64,000 nucleotides of DNA from Candidatus Latescibacterota bacterium (GTDB lineage Bacteria > Latescibacterota > UBA2968 > GCA-2709665), in NCBI GenBank assembly GCA_963662665.2, contig CAXXJS010000040.1, positions 256,001 to 320,000 of the forward strand. The letters run 5' to 3'. Below the pieces are notes generated by a model. The model was not told the origin of the DNA. It saw only the letters and a list, made by a program, of their open reading frames with translations, and did no database searches. The translations under genes were made by a program, and so were the position numbers. Every line of letters starts with the position of its first letter. Position 1 is the stretch's first letter. This document shows, piece by piece, positions 51,000 to 61,235 of the stretch.

Positions 51000-51085
51000 C
51001 GCGGCGCCTCCCGGAATCCGGCCCCGGTTTCCTTTCAAGGAACAGCGAATGAACGCGACAGAACCCAACGCGCTCCCTGATAGTG

Positions 51086-51922
51086 CTACGACCAGACGTA
51101 GATCTCGCCGTCGTCGTCTGAATAGCCGATGAAGACCGCCAGGACAATTCTGGGATCGCTGCCCGCCACTGCGGGGACCTCGTGGATGCATCGGGTATTA
51201 AAGAAGTAGAGATCGCCCGGCTCGAGGTCAACGCGGCAGCGTTCGACGTTGTTCAACCTGGCGTATTCGTGAAAAGCATTTGCGGCAACATGGGACTCAA
51301 CGTCTTCCGTCCACAGGCAGCGATGCAGGATGGCCTGGGATGCAGGTCCTGCCTGGGCCGCGTTCTGGAAGCAGAGTACGCCCGCGAACTGGTGCTCGAA
51401 TCGGGAGACCTCGTAATTGAAGCGTCTTTCGCGCAGCGTGACGTGGTCGATGTGCGGCTGGTAGGCGTGATGGGTGTAGTGGACGCGGAAGATGGCGGGC
51501 CCGTAAAGGCGGCCGTCCGGTTCGCGCGCCGTCACCACCCGTTTGCCCGCGGCGAGGGCAGTGAGGCTGTTGTAGATAACGTCTACCGGGTTGTCGAAGC
51601 CGTCGAATAGGTGTTCGAACAGGTCACGGGTCTGTACGGCGTGTTCGAGAAAATCCTGCTGGTCGTTACCCCTGTTTCCGAGGCTGGTGCCGATGTCGAT
51701 TCGGGTGCGGGTATCGTCGGATTCCACGTCAGCCGGATCCCGCATCAGGCCCCGGTCGATGAAACGGCCGATAAGCCCCGCACAGTGGACCGGGTTGTAG
51801 GCCTGTCTCAGAAGGATGGCCGGTATCTCGGCCGTTGACAGGGCGTGGAGCGGGTTTTCGTACCTCGCGTTGACGGCTTCCAGGTCCGGACCAACCGGCA
51901 GCCATGATTCGGCGGCTGGCAT
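51086..51922 (-). CDS. Fe(II)/2-oxoglutarate-dependent oxygenase-like protein
   Basis: HxD (PHID) and GDLYFFN..IHEV motifs. Confidence 0.65.
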   Translation of the reverse strand: MPAAESWLPVGPDLEAVNARYENPLHALSTAEIPAILLRQAYNPVHCAGLIGRFIDRGLMRDPADVESDDTRTRIDIGTSLGNRGNDQQDFLEHAVQTRDLFEHLFDGFDNPVDVIYNSLTALAAGKRVVTAREPDGRLYGPAIFRVHYTHHAYQPHIDHVTLRERRFNYEVSRFEHQFAGVLCFQNAAQAGPASQAILHRCLWTEDVESHVAANAFHEYARLNNVERCRVDLEPGDLYFFNTRCIHEVPAVAGSDPRIVLAVFIGYSDDDGEIYVWS

Positions 51923-51954
51923 ATCGGTTTCCTCTCTGAAGCTGTTTTATATTC

Positions 51955-52449
51955 TCAGGCCAGGTCCCTGAATTCGATGTGCAGGTGTTCTCTGTGCCCG
52001 GTGAGTTGACGGTAGTCGACGCCGGCGCTGTCGAACATGCGTTTGGATGCCCTGACGGAATCGGTTTCCGCGTACTTGTCCGCCAGGTAGATCACTTCCC
52101 GAATGCCGGATTGAATGATGACTTTGGCACATTCGTTACAAGGAAAATGGGTGACGTAGATCGTACAGTTGTAAAGATTGGTGTCGATCTTGTTCAGGAT
52201 CGCATTGAGTTCGGCGTGACAGATATACGGGTACTTGGTGTTGAGAAAGTCGCCTTCTCGTGCCCACGGGTATTCGTCGTCGGAACAGCCGATGGGCAGG
52301 CCATTGTAGCCGATGCCCACGATTTTCTTCTTCCCGTTGATGATACATGCGCCCACGCGGGTGTTGGGATCCTTGCTCCTCAGGGCGGATAGCAGTGCAA
52401 CGCCCATGAAATATTCGTCCCAGGAGAGATAGTCTTCGCGTTTGTTCAT
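51955..52449 (-). CDS. dCMP deaminase
   Basis: SWDEYFM, RSKDP, GYNG, HAELNAI and PCNECAK motifs. Confidence 0.95.
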   Translation of the reverse strand: MNKREDYLSWDEYFMGVALLSALRSKDPNTRVGACIINGKKKIVGIGYNGLPIGCSDDEYPWAREGDFLNTKYPYICHAELNAILNKIDTNLYNCTIYVTHFPCNECAKVIIQSGIREVIYLADKYAETDSVRASKRMFDSAGVDYRQLTGHREHLHIEFRDLA

Positions 52450-52727
52450 GCCAATTCCAGGTGATGCAGAAACGCGGGTCGCGCGGGGGCGGACCGCCTG
52501 TCCCGGGGGCGGAGAGCATCTGGAGTCCCGGTACTCACATGGTTGCGCGGCTTCTCGCGAACGTCGTCAATACCCGGAGTTTAAAACGATTGACGGTTTC
52601 TTCCTCTGCTATTGAGGAGGGTGTGAACCGCAGGTTGCTCCCCGTAATAATATGCCGTTCGATAATTGAGATTGCAACGCTTTCCTCGGCCGTACCGGTA
52701 TAGCTCCCATTGCAGTGAAATAACCAA

Positions 52728-52764
52728 GCAAAGGGCATCCGACCGACTGGCGGATGCCCTTTGC
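52728..52764. terminator. Rho-independent terminator downstream of the TonB receptor
   Basis: Perfect 14-bp stem GCAAAGGGCATCCG / CGGATGCCCTTTGC. Confidence 0.75.
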
Positions 52765-52788
52765 ATGTTCGTACAGGAAAATGGGAGG

Positions 52789-55700
52789 TCAACGTCCCAG
52801 TTGATACGTAACGGCCAGCTTCAGGCGCCTGCCCTTGGGATCGTGGGTGAATCCGTCATAGGCTTGCTCGATGTTCACAAGCGGCGGCATTGTATCCAGC
52901 AGATTCATCCCGGAAAGCGCGATGTTCATCCCGTTGGGCATGTTCCACAGGAACGTCACGTCCCAGGTAACAAACGATTCGATGGTACCGAAAATACTCT
53001 TGATCTTCGAATTATCGGAACCCATCGAGCCCCGGTCCTCGTACGAAGAAATATAGTTCAGATAGCTTGCGACGCTGTAGTCCTGCCAATAATAGGTGCC
53101 CGATAACCGGCCCTTGAACTTGGGAAGCGACGTCGCAATGGGATTGCCGAAATTCAGGTAGCCGGCGGCATCCGCCTCCTCCTGAAGCACCAGGCTGCCC
53201 AGCGTCAGGGCCTTTGTCTCGTACGCCAGCGTATAGGTGCCGTCCAGGCTCGCCGCGAATCTCCCTGTTCCCCCCTGTGTTCGCGCGCCCAGATGCAAAT
53301 CGAGTCCCGAGGTCTTGACCCCCGGCCAATTGACGATATCGACCTGCACCCGCTCAAGTTCGGAGGCCGCGCACGTGCCGGTACCTATCCCGTCCGGGCA
53401 GACGATGAATTGCTTCAGGGCGTCCTTGTTCGCTTCATCGGCGTACAATGCGGTAATCGCGCCGTGGGGCATGGAACCGATCACGTCGCTGAAATCGTAA
53501 CTCCAGTAGTCGAGCGTCGCTTCAAATCCCGCCTCGGTGACCAGGGCGAGGCCCGCGTTGTAGGTAAACGCCCGTTCGGGCTTGAGGTCCTTGCTGCCGA
53601 ATCTGTCCACCGTCTGGTAGGCGCCGGTCTCGTTGATCCACTCGAGCGTCGACAGCGGGCTTTCATTCACGTCGTCAAGCGCCGGCGTGCGGAACGTGGT
53701 CTGCACCGAGCCGCGCAGGAACAGGGACTGAGCCGGGTTTTCCACCATCTGATAGCGCCACCCGATCTTGGGGTCGAAACTGCTCGCCACGTCGTGGAAT
53801 TCGTAGTTGGCGGCGAGCTGCAAGTCGAGCCGTTCTCCCAGACTCAGGGGAGTTTCGGCAAATAAGCGATGCACCGTTTGAGATTCATCGTAAGGCCGAT
53901 GCACGTTCGTGAACGCGTAGGGCCCGAACCTGTCCTCCGCCGAGCAGTTGTTATCGCCCACAACCGGACAGGGGTTGATCGTCACGTCCCCTTCGTTATT
54001 CGGGTCGCCGCTGGCGTTGAACTGACGGAACTGGTAGCCAGCCGCGTAACTTGCGACGTCTTCGACCCAGGTTCCGGTCAGTGTCGCCTCAGCGACCAGT
54101 ATATCGGCGGTGCTTTGCAGATCTACTTCCTGGTTGAGCCACTGCCGCAGTTCGGGGCTGTTGGCAAGGTTGGCGCGGTAAGTGGGGTTCGCCCGGGTTG
54201 CATAATTCGAGCCATGTTGATCCGTGAACTCGATGGCATTGCCGAAGGGATTGTAGTATTGGCAGTCGCCCTGGCCCGCCACCTGGCCGCTCAGCGGACC
54301 CAGCCGCATCCCGGCGAGGGAACTGCGATCCGCCTCCACGCGAACGCCGCAACGAGGCCCACCGAAGCCCCGGAAGCCGAGGAAAAGCCGTTCGATGTAC
54401 ACACCCGGCAGGTTGTAGTTACCCTCGGTTCGGGAATAGGTAAGACCCACGTCGAAATGCGCGTCCCTCCCGCCGAATGCCTCGAAGTCGCCATTCGCGG
54501 AGGCCGCCACCCGCCACGTGCGTGAGTCCCGATCCAGTGTGCGCCCGGGGCCCGAGTTTCCGAACGGACGACCGTTGAAATACCAGTTCTCGCCACCCTG
54601 GCACGCCTCGTAGTACGGGTCGGACGGATCGGCGCCGTAGTCCGCGCAGAATGCCCCACGGCCCGGGTGGCCCGGCGCCACCTCCATGATACTCGTGTCC
54701 GTGAGGGGGAACGGGGGATACGAAGGCGTGGTGTACCAATCGTCAATCCTGGCCAGGGCCCACAGGCCCTCGATGTGATACTCGGTACCATTGTCCAGCG
54801 TTCCGTTGAGCTCGGCGAAAGCGCGTGTATGGCTCATGTCCTCGATCAGATTCTCGTACTGCTGATAGCGGAAACGGCATGTCCAGGACTCACGGAAGCC
54901 TCCGAATTCCTCGCATCGCGGTGCGTGGATCGCGGCGGTCCACGGGGCGGGGGCCCCGATGGCGAAGGTCCCGGGATTTCCCAGGCTGGACCATCCCAGG
55001 CGCTGCCCGCCGCCGTGCCACGGTTGCAGCAGGTAATCCCTCTCGGTAGCCGGTAACGCTTGCCGTCCCCTCCATTCCGCGGAGACAACCGCGTGGGCCT
55101 TGCCGAGTTTTCCACCCCATATCGCACCGCCGTTGGTATCCCCGGCGCCCGGGAAGTATTCGTGCGCAGCGGAGACTTCGAAGCCCTCGAAGTCGCTGCG
55201 CGTGAGGAAGTTGGCCACGCCCGCCACTGCATCCGACCCATAGATGGCGGAAGCCCCCTCCTTGAGCACTTCAACCCGGTCAATGGCGATGGAGGGGATC
55301 ACATTGACATCGACAAAGCGCCCGCCGATCAGGCGCGCGGGCACGTAGGTCTGGCGGCGGCTGTTGATCAATACCAGGGTGCGCGAAGCGCCCAGGCCCC
55401 GCAGGTTGACGTTCGCGATGCTCTCCGTAAGAGTGGCGGCCTGACCAGCGTTGTACCAACTGCTCCGCTCGCCGATCACGCCGTGGCTTGCGCCCAGGTT
55501 TTTGAAGAAATCGACGGCCTGCGGAGACCCCTGCTCGGCCATCTTTACGCGTCCCACCACGGCAACCGCGTAGGGAAGATTGATGGGGGATTCCTTGAAG
55601 GCCGAGCCGGTCACAACCAGTTCGTCCATGTAGAGCATGACAAGTTCCATCTGCAACGTGACGGTCAGCGTCGCTCCGGCAGCCACGTTGATCGTGCGGG

Positions 55701-55965
55701 TCACCGGCGGGTAGCCGATCAGGTTGGCCTTCAGTTCGTGGGCGCCCGCCGGCACGTTCTGGATGGTAAACCGGCCCTGCGCGTCGGAAACGCCAACCAG
55801 GCCCAGGATTGCGATGGACACGTCCACGCCTTCCAATGGGTCCCCGCTTTCCGAGTCGACCACGGTACCCGTTACGGTCCCGGTCGATTGTCCAACCGCC
55901 GCGGGGGCATGGAGAAGCATCGCCGCACATATCAGAAACGAAATATGCAAGCCTCGGAAACTCAT
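52789..55965 (-). CDS. TonB-dependent receptor with N-terminal carboxypeptidase-regulatory-like domain
   Basis: Signal peptide; ELVVTG; NLRGLG..RTLVLIN; RVEVLKEGASAIYGSDAVAGV.N plug motif. Confidence 0.95.
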   Translation of the reverse strand: MSFRGLHISFLICAAMLLHAPAAVGQSTGTVTGTVVDSESGDPLEGVDVSIAILGLVGVSDAQGRFTIQNVPAGAHELKANLIGYPPVTRTINVAAGATLTVTLQMELVMLYMDELVVTGSAFKESPINLPYAVAVVGRVKMAEQGSPQAVDFFKNLGASHGVIGERSSWYNAGQAATLTESIANVNLRGLGASRTLVLINSRRQTYVPARLIGGRFVDVNVIPSIAIDRVEVLKEGASAIYGSDAVAGVANFLTRSDFEGFEVSAAHEYFPGAGDTNGGAIWGGKLGKAHAVVSAEWRGRQALPATERDYLLQPWHGGGQRLGWSSLGNPGTFAIGAPAPWTAAIHAPRCEEFGGFRESWTCRFRYQQYENLIEDMSHTRAFAELNGTLDNGTEYHIEGLWALARIDDWYTTPSYPPFPLTDTSIMEVAPGHPGRGAFCADYGADPSDPYYEACQGGENWYFNGRPFGNSGPGRTLDRDSRTWRVAASANGDFEAFGGRDAHFDVGLTYSRTEGNYNLPGVYIERLFLGFRGFGGPRCGVRVEADRSSLAGMRLGPLSGQVAGQGDCQYYNPFGNAIEFTDQHGSNYATRANPTYRANLANSPELRQWLNQEVDLQSTADILVAEATLTGTWVEDVASYAAGYQFRQFNASGDPNNEGDVTINPCPVVGDNNCSAEDRFGPYAFTNVHRPYDESQTVHRLFAETPLSLGERLDLQLAANYEFHDVASSFDPKIGWRYQMVENPAQSLFLRGSVQTTFRTPALDDVNESPLSTLEWINETGAYQTVDRFGSKDLKPERAFTYNAGLALVTEAGFEATLDYWSYDFSDVIGSMPHGAITALYADEANKDALKQFIVCPDGIGTGTCAASELERVQVDIVNWPGVKTSGLDLHLGARTQGGTGRFAASLDGTYTLAYETKALTLGSLVLQEEADAAGYLNFGNPIATSLPKFKGRLSGTYYWQDYSVASYLNYISSYEDRGSMGSDNSKIKSIFGTIESFVTWDVTFLWNMPNGMNIALSGMNLLDTMPPLVNIEQAYDGFTHDPKGRRLKLAVTYQLGR

Positions 55966-56055
55966 GGAACTACCTCCTCTTGTGGATTCACGCGAAGTTG
56001 GATAACGTCCTGTTTATAACGCTTCGGTGACGGCATTCACAACCGCCCGTCGAAT

Positions 56056-57609
56056 CTATCCTGGACGGGTCTCGCTCCGGAGTCCCTTCCAGAGGCAGAA
56101 CGCCATTGCCAACAGGACGATGGCGAATGGTAAACCGGTTGCCAGGGAGGCGGCCTGCAACGCCTCCAGTCCGCCGCCAAGCAATAGCGCAATCGCCACC
56201 AGCCCCTCGATTGCACACCAGAAAACGCGCTGTGCAACAGGCGCGTCAACCCTGCCGCCGGCCGCGATCGTGTCGATAATGAGCGATCCGGAGTCCGACG
56301 AGGTTACGAAAAAGACGATGGTCAGTAGCATCGCGACAGATGAAAGCAATGTCGAAAACGGGAGTTTGTCAAGCATTTTGAACAATGCAATTTCAAGCTT
56401 CCACGCCTCGACGTTCGCGGTTACGCCGGTATAGCCCTCTACGATGTGCTGGTGGAATGCGGTGCCGCCAAAGGCGCCGAACCACAACAGACACAGGAAC
56501 GTGGGCAACAACAACACAAAGACAACGAATTCGCGTACCGTGCGCCCCTTCGAAACGCGGGCGATAAACGTACCCACGAAAGGCGCCCATGCGAACCACC
56601 AGGCAAAATAAAACGTGGTCCAGTCCTGTACGAATCCGGTATCCTCACGCCCGATCCAGTTACTGAGGGGTACGGCCGTTGACAAATACCCGCCAATGCC
56701 GGCAACGATACTGCTGATCGCGTAACTGGATGGTCCCAACAAAATCACGGCCAGCAGCAACAGGAGCGCGAGAATAACGTTGAACTGGCTGAGACGCTTG
56801 ATCCCCACGTCGATACCGGTTAACACCGATGTCAACGCGATGGACGTGATGACCACGATCAGGACCACCATCGTCGTATTGTTCGCGGGGATTCCGAACA
56901 GATAGTTGAACCCGGACGTGACCTGTTGAACGCCCAGACCGAGGGAGGTGGCAAGCCCGAACAACCCGGCAAATATGGCAAAGGTGTCGATGACGTGCCC
57001 CGGCCAGCCCCAGACGCGGTCGCCCAAAAGGGGATGGAACGCCGAGCGGATGGTCATCGGCAACCCGCGGTTGTACGCGAAGTACCCGAGAGCGAGTCCC
57101 ACGACCCCGTAGATCGCCCAGCCGTGCAGCCCCCAGTGAAACGCGGTCGCCGCGATCCCCGTGATCGCGGCTTCATCCGTCCCCGGGGCGATGCCCAGAG
57201 GCGGGTTCCGGAAGTAGTAAACCGGTTCCGCCACCCCAAAAAACAGCAGACCGATCCCCACGCCGGCCGCGAAGAGCATGGCAAGCCAGGTTGAATTCGA
57301 GTATTCCGGTTTCGCGTCTGCCCCTCCCAGACGCACCCTTCCAAGCGGCGAAACGGCGATATAGAGGCAGAACAGCACGACGAGATTCGCTGAGACGATG
57401 AAAAACCAGTCGAGATTGGCAGTCAGCCACTCGCGCGTCGTCTTGAAACCTTCCGTCGCGGTTTCCCGGAAAACAAGGGAGCCAACAACAAAGGCGACGA
57501 TGGTAATACCTGAAATCACGAAAACGGGCGTCAGATAGATTTCCAGACCGAACAGCCTGCGGTATTGCCGGACGTCGGCTGGCGGCTGCTGTTTTCCCTC
57601 TGCAGACAT
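56056..57609 (-). CDS. BCCT family transporter
   Basis: W.AMLF.AG.GIG, FHWG.H.W, WT.FY.AWW..WAPFVG.FIAR.SKGRT and TSSDS motifs. Confidence 0.95.
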   Translation of the reverse strand: MSAEGKQQPPADVRQYRRLFGLEIYLTPVFVISGITIVAFVVGSLVFRETATEGFKTTREWLTANLDWFFIVSANLVVLFCLYIAVSPLGRVRLGGADAKPEYSNSTWLAMLFAAGVGIGLLFFGVAEPVYYFRNPPLGIAPGTDEAAITGIAATAFHWGLHGWAIYGVVGLALGYFAYNRGLPMTIRSAFHPLLGDRVWGWPGHVIDTFAIFAGLFGLATSLGLGVQQVTSGFNYLFGIPANNTTMVVLIVVITSIALTSVLTGIDVGIKRLSQFNVILALLLLLAVILLGPSSYAISSIVAGIGGYLSTAVPLSNWIGREDTGFVQDWTTFYFAWWFAWAPFVGTFIARVSKGRTVREFVVFVLLLPTFLCLLWFGAFGGTAFHQHIVEGYTGVTANVEAWKLEIALFKMLDKLPFSTLLSSVAMLLTIVFFVTSSDSGSLIIDTIAAGGRVDAPVAQRVFWCAIEGLVAIALLLGGGLEALQAASLATGLPFAIVLLAMAFCLWKGLRSETRPG

Positions 57610-57834
57610 ACGGTTGTATTCCTTGCGATTGTTTACAAGGCGACGTCCAACCGGGAGACGCACACCGTGCGAAATCCCGTCGGTTCGTCGTGAAGCCCTT
57701 CATTACATTAATGTAAGCCATTAGTGGCGTTCGGCAAGTCAAATAGACGGGATATCGACTGATCTTGCAGGTGGTCAGCCGGTCGTCCGGGTCTGCCAGT
57801 GTCGGCGAGCGGCGTTGTCGAACACCGTCGATGA

Positions 57835-59151
57835 TCAGGCCTCCCGGGTCTCGCCGGCGCGTGTCAGCGCCTGTTTCATCGCGATGGGGCCGATCAACTG
57901 ATTTACCGCGATAACGGCGACGATCACCGTCACAAATGCTTCTCCCCAGCCCGGAAAGCGCCGGGTGACCTCCAGCGCCAGTCCCAGGCTGACCCCGGCC
58001 TGCGTGAGGTAGGCCATCCCCGCGATACGGTTGAAGCGCGGCGGGGCGCCGCCGAGGCGCCCTCCGGTGTACGCCCCCATGTAGATGGCGGCGGCTCGGA
58101 CGCCGACAAGCAAAACGGCGATGGTCCAGGTCTGCATCAGGGCGTCCAGGTTCAGGCCCGCTCCGGCAAGCGTGAAAAAGAGTACGTACACGGGAAGGCT
58201 GACGGACTCGATTGCTTCAATAAAGTGAGAACCATGGCGCGAGACGTTCTGCACGGTGAAGCCGGCCGTCACGCAGATGAGTAACGGTTCCGGGCGGATG
58301 GCAAGGTTGTGGACCTCTTTGAGGTAGCCCGCGAATCCGTGTGAGATGCTGGTCACCAACAGGGCCGTGCCCAACAGGAGAAGCGGAAGGTTCGCCCGCA
58401 CGCGGTCGATGTAGAAGCCCAGAGCCAGTCCAACGACCACGCCCGCGCCGATACCGAGGAGGACTTCGACGCTCAGGGCGGCAATGAACCCGAGATCCAG
58501 GGAGGCGGCGGGGGACATCATGACCTCGCAGAAGGAGATCGCTGCCGCAAAGAGCACGATGACGAAAACATCCATTGCGACCGTGACGCCGAGTGCGGTC
58601 TCCGTGAAGGGACCCAGTGCCCGGGTTTCGTTGATAATGGCGATGGCGCTGGACGGCGACCGCGCGACGGCAAGTACCCCGAAGAGCATACCCACCGCCA
58701 GCACCTGGAGACTCGAAAAGGCGGCGGTGAACGGTAGCATTGATCGCATTAACCAGACGAACAAGGTGATGACGGTAAAAACGATGGCTGTGAGCGAAAG
58801 TATCGTCAGGAGGATGACTTTCATCCGGTCCTTCAGATCGGCAAGTCGCAGTTCGCCCCCTGCGGCCAGGGCGATGAAGGTCACCGCCAGTTCGTTCAAA
58901 AACCCCAATTGGCCAACGGCTTCCCGGGTCAGGAAACCGAGCAGGTACGGTCCCGTGAGCATCCCTACGCAAAGGTATCCCGTGATCCGCGGCAGGCGCA
59001 GCCGGGAGAGAACGTGGCCTGCCACGTAGCCTGAGAGGAGGAGGAGCCCCACGACAAGGGTGGTGTATGCGCCGGGAGCGTCTCCGGGAGGGGTGACTCC
59101 GGCCCACGCCATGAGCATGCTCAGCGCGACGAAGACGAGAATCATCCTCAT
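57835..59151 (-). CDS. Cation:proton antiporter (CPA2-like)
   Basis: LP.ITGY, AGGEL, SP...AII.E..A.GP, FFTLAGA.L and QAGV..GL motifs; start overlaps the upstream stop (ATGA). Confidence 0.85.
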   Translation of the reverse strand: MRMILVFVALSMLMAWAGVTPPGDAPGAYTTLVVGLLLLSGYVAGHVLSRLRLPRITGYLCVGMLTGPYLLGFLTREAVGQLGFLNELAVTFIALAAGGELRLADLKDRMKVILLTILSLTAIVFTVITLFVWLMRSMLPFTAAFSSLQVLAVGMLFGVLAVARSPSSAIAIINETRALGPFTETALGVTVAMDVFVIVLFAAAISFCEVMMSPAASLDLGFIAALSVEVLLGIGAGVVVGLALGFYIDRVRANLPLLLLGTALLVTSISHGFAGYLKEVHNLAIRPEPLLICVTAGFTVQNVSRHGSHFIEAIESVSLPVYVLFFTLAGAGLNLDALMQTWTIAVLLVGVRAAAIYMGAYTGGRLGGAPPRFNRIAGMAYLTQAGVSLGLALEVTRRFPGWGEAFVTVIVAVIAVNQLIGPIAMKQALTRAGETREA

Positions 59152-60335
59152 CGAAAGCTTCCCAGGAGGCGCCGCGTGGAGGCTGGCGCGATGAGTTCGC
59201 TGACGATGATGCCCAGCAGGACGATGGAAATCACCGCGTCGGTGAGCTCGGAGCGGTGGATCTGGTGCAGGTTGACGACGATGGCCACCGCCATTCCGCC
59301 ATGAGACAGAAGCCCCATCCCCAACCCGTTCAGCGCTCGGGATTCGGGCAGAAAGAGACGGACCGAAACAAAGCCCCCGAGGGTCTTGCCCAGGATTCGC
59401 ACGAGGATATAGACCGGCACCAGCGTCAGAAGCCAGACGGATTCGATGGCCCATCCCGCGCCCACCAGGATGAGAAAGATGATGTAGATGGAGTGTTCGC
59501 CTCTCAAGAGCACATTGCGAATGCCCGCTCTGGCTCGTTCTCTTGCCATGTTCGCAATAATGACGCCCGCAATGAGATTGACAAGGAGGGGAGAAAGGCT
59601 GAGATACAGCGCGAGCCCTCCGGAGAAAGCGATGGCGCCCATAACCACCACCAACGTCTCATCGTCCTTGAGCCGATACGCGGTGAGCGCGACTACCAGC
59701 AGTCCAACGGTGAGGCCCAACCCGGCGGAAACGCCGATCCAGACAATGGTTAATGTGCCGGGATGCAAAACGGCCAGGCAGGATATGAGACCGAAGGCGG
59801 TAAGGCCGACGAGGTCGTCGATATTCGAAACGTTCGTGAGAAGCCGCATGAGGGGCCGCGCCGGAGACGGCGTATTTCGGGCAAACAGCGTCAGACCGCT
59901 GGAAGCTGTGCCCGACGCCGCGGCCGCCAGCGTGACGGCGCCGATCAGCAACAGTTCCGTTTCATGCGAGTACAGGACGCGGAACAGCAGGAAAAAGGGA
60001 ACGGCGACTACAAAGACGGTAATCAGACTCTGGACAAGCGCAACGCCGAAGACCCGTCTGGGAATATGGCTCAGCCGCCTGAATTCCCATTGAACGCCAA
60101 AGAGCATGCCAATCCAGGAGAGGCCCATGCCCATGAAGGGATACAGACCGTCGAGGGTCTCCGCGTCGAGCAGGTCAAGCACGGCGGCGCCGAGCAGCAG
60201 GCCGACCACAACGTATTCTATACCGGTAAGAAAGAGATTTCTGACACCCAGTGGCAGCCGGATATGGACGAAACTGAGGCGGGAACCGACAAAGGCGATA
60301 ACGACGACGAGGATGGCTGCGGAGACCAGTTTCAT
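59148..60335 (-). CDS. Divergent cation:proton antiporter-like membrane protein
   Basis: About 12 TM helices; NIDD motif; LLS.GG.AVAI motif. Confidence 0.7.
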   Translation of the reverse strand: MKLVSAAILVVVIAFVGSRLSFVHIRLPLGVRNLFLTGIEYVVVGLLLGAAVLDLLDAETLDGLYPFMGMGLSWIGMLFGVQWEFRRLSHIPRRVFGVALVQSLITVFVVAVPFFLLFRVLYSHETELLLIGAVTLAAAASGTASSGLTLFARNTPSPARPLMRLLTNVSNIDDLVGLTAFGLISCLAVLHPGTLTIVWIGVSAGLGLTVGLLVVALTAYRLKDDETLVVVMGAIAFSGGLALYLSLSPLLVNLIAGVIIANMARERARAGIRNVLLRGEHSIYIIFLILVGAGWAIESVWLLTLVPVYILVRILGKTLGGFVSVRLFLPESRALNGLGMGLLSHGGMAVAIVVNLHQIHRSELTDAVISIVLLGIIVSELIAPASTRRLLGSFR

Positions 60336-60667
60336 GGAGGCTCTCCGCTTTCCGGACCCAGACAGAAGTCGACGGGCAGCAGAAACAGCCGGCCGACGTC
60401 GTTCTGCCTGAAGTCAACGCCTGTTTCTCTGAAGAGCCGGATGAGTGGGTCGAGAAGGGTGCGTTCCTTAACGGGTGCGACGATGGCGCAGGACCGGCCC
60501 GGTCCGGCCTGTAGCAGCCCCGCGAATATGGGCACATCCTCGGAAAGGATCCGCTCCATGGCGGTCCCGTCCAGCACCGTTGCGCCGGTAATTTCCATCT
60601 CTACGAGACCGGAGAGGACTTCGTCCAGAAGGTCCTCCCGGTAAAGTGTGATAAAAAGCAGATGCAT
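60332..60667 (-). CDS. PII-like small protein
   Basis: 111 aa; LDEVL..L....ITGATVLD..; C-terminal G.LF.LPV. Confidence 0.6.
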   Translation of the reverse strand: MHLLFITLYREDLLDEVLSGLVEMEITGATVLDGTAMERILSEDVPIFAGLLQAGPGRSCAIVAPVKERTLLDPLIRLFRETGVDFRQNDVGRLFLLPVDFCLGPESGEPP

Positions 60668-60760
60668 GGCTATAGCAAGTCCGCCAGAGCTTGTGGCCGC
60701 CGGACTCCGATCGGGGATTCGGCGGTCCGTTTTTCTTTATTCCGTGCCCTGCCCTGGACG

Positions 60761-61219
60761 CTAAAACGGCTCCTGTGTGCGAATGATTTCAATTATCTCT
60801 GCGGAAGACGCGGCCCCGAGTACCTGCCGCCGGTTCTCCTCGCGGTCAAAAATGCGGGCGGTTCGGCTCAGTACACTCAGGTAAGCCGGCAAGGACGCTT
60901 CGGAAGAAAGAATAAGGAATACAAGGTGTACGGGCTGCCCGTCCAGACTCTGAAAGTCGATGCCATTTCGTGATATTCCCAACGCCGCGACCACACCCTG
61001 GATGTCGTCCGACCGGGCGTGAGGAATCGCAACGTCCTGGTCCACGCCGCTGGTCTTGATGGCCTCCTGTTCCAGGATGAGCCCAAGCAGCGCGGTCGGG
61101 TCGGGCAGATTGACCGACCGTCCCATCATTTCGATCATTTCGCGGATGGCACCGTCCCGATCGGGACTGACAAGATTGCGTTCGATGCGGTCGGTGGACA
61201 GTGCGTCGCAGAGTTTCAT
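60761..61219 (-). CDS. PTS EIIA (PtsN/fructose-type) domain protein
   Basis: VAIPHAR (phospho-His) and GIDFQSLDGQPVHLVFL motifs. Confidence 0.9.
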   Translation of the reverse strand: MKLCDALSTDRIERNLVSPDRDGAIREMIEMMGRSVNLPDPTALLGLILEQEAIKTSGVDQDVAIPHARSDDIQGVVAALGISRNGIDFQSLDGQPVHLVFLILSSEASLPAYLSVLSRTARIFDREENRRQVLGAASSAEIIEIIRTQEPF

Positions 61220-61235
61220 AGGTCCGGTTTCCAAT

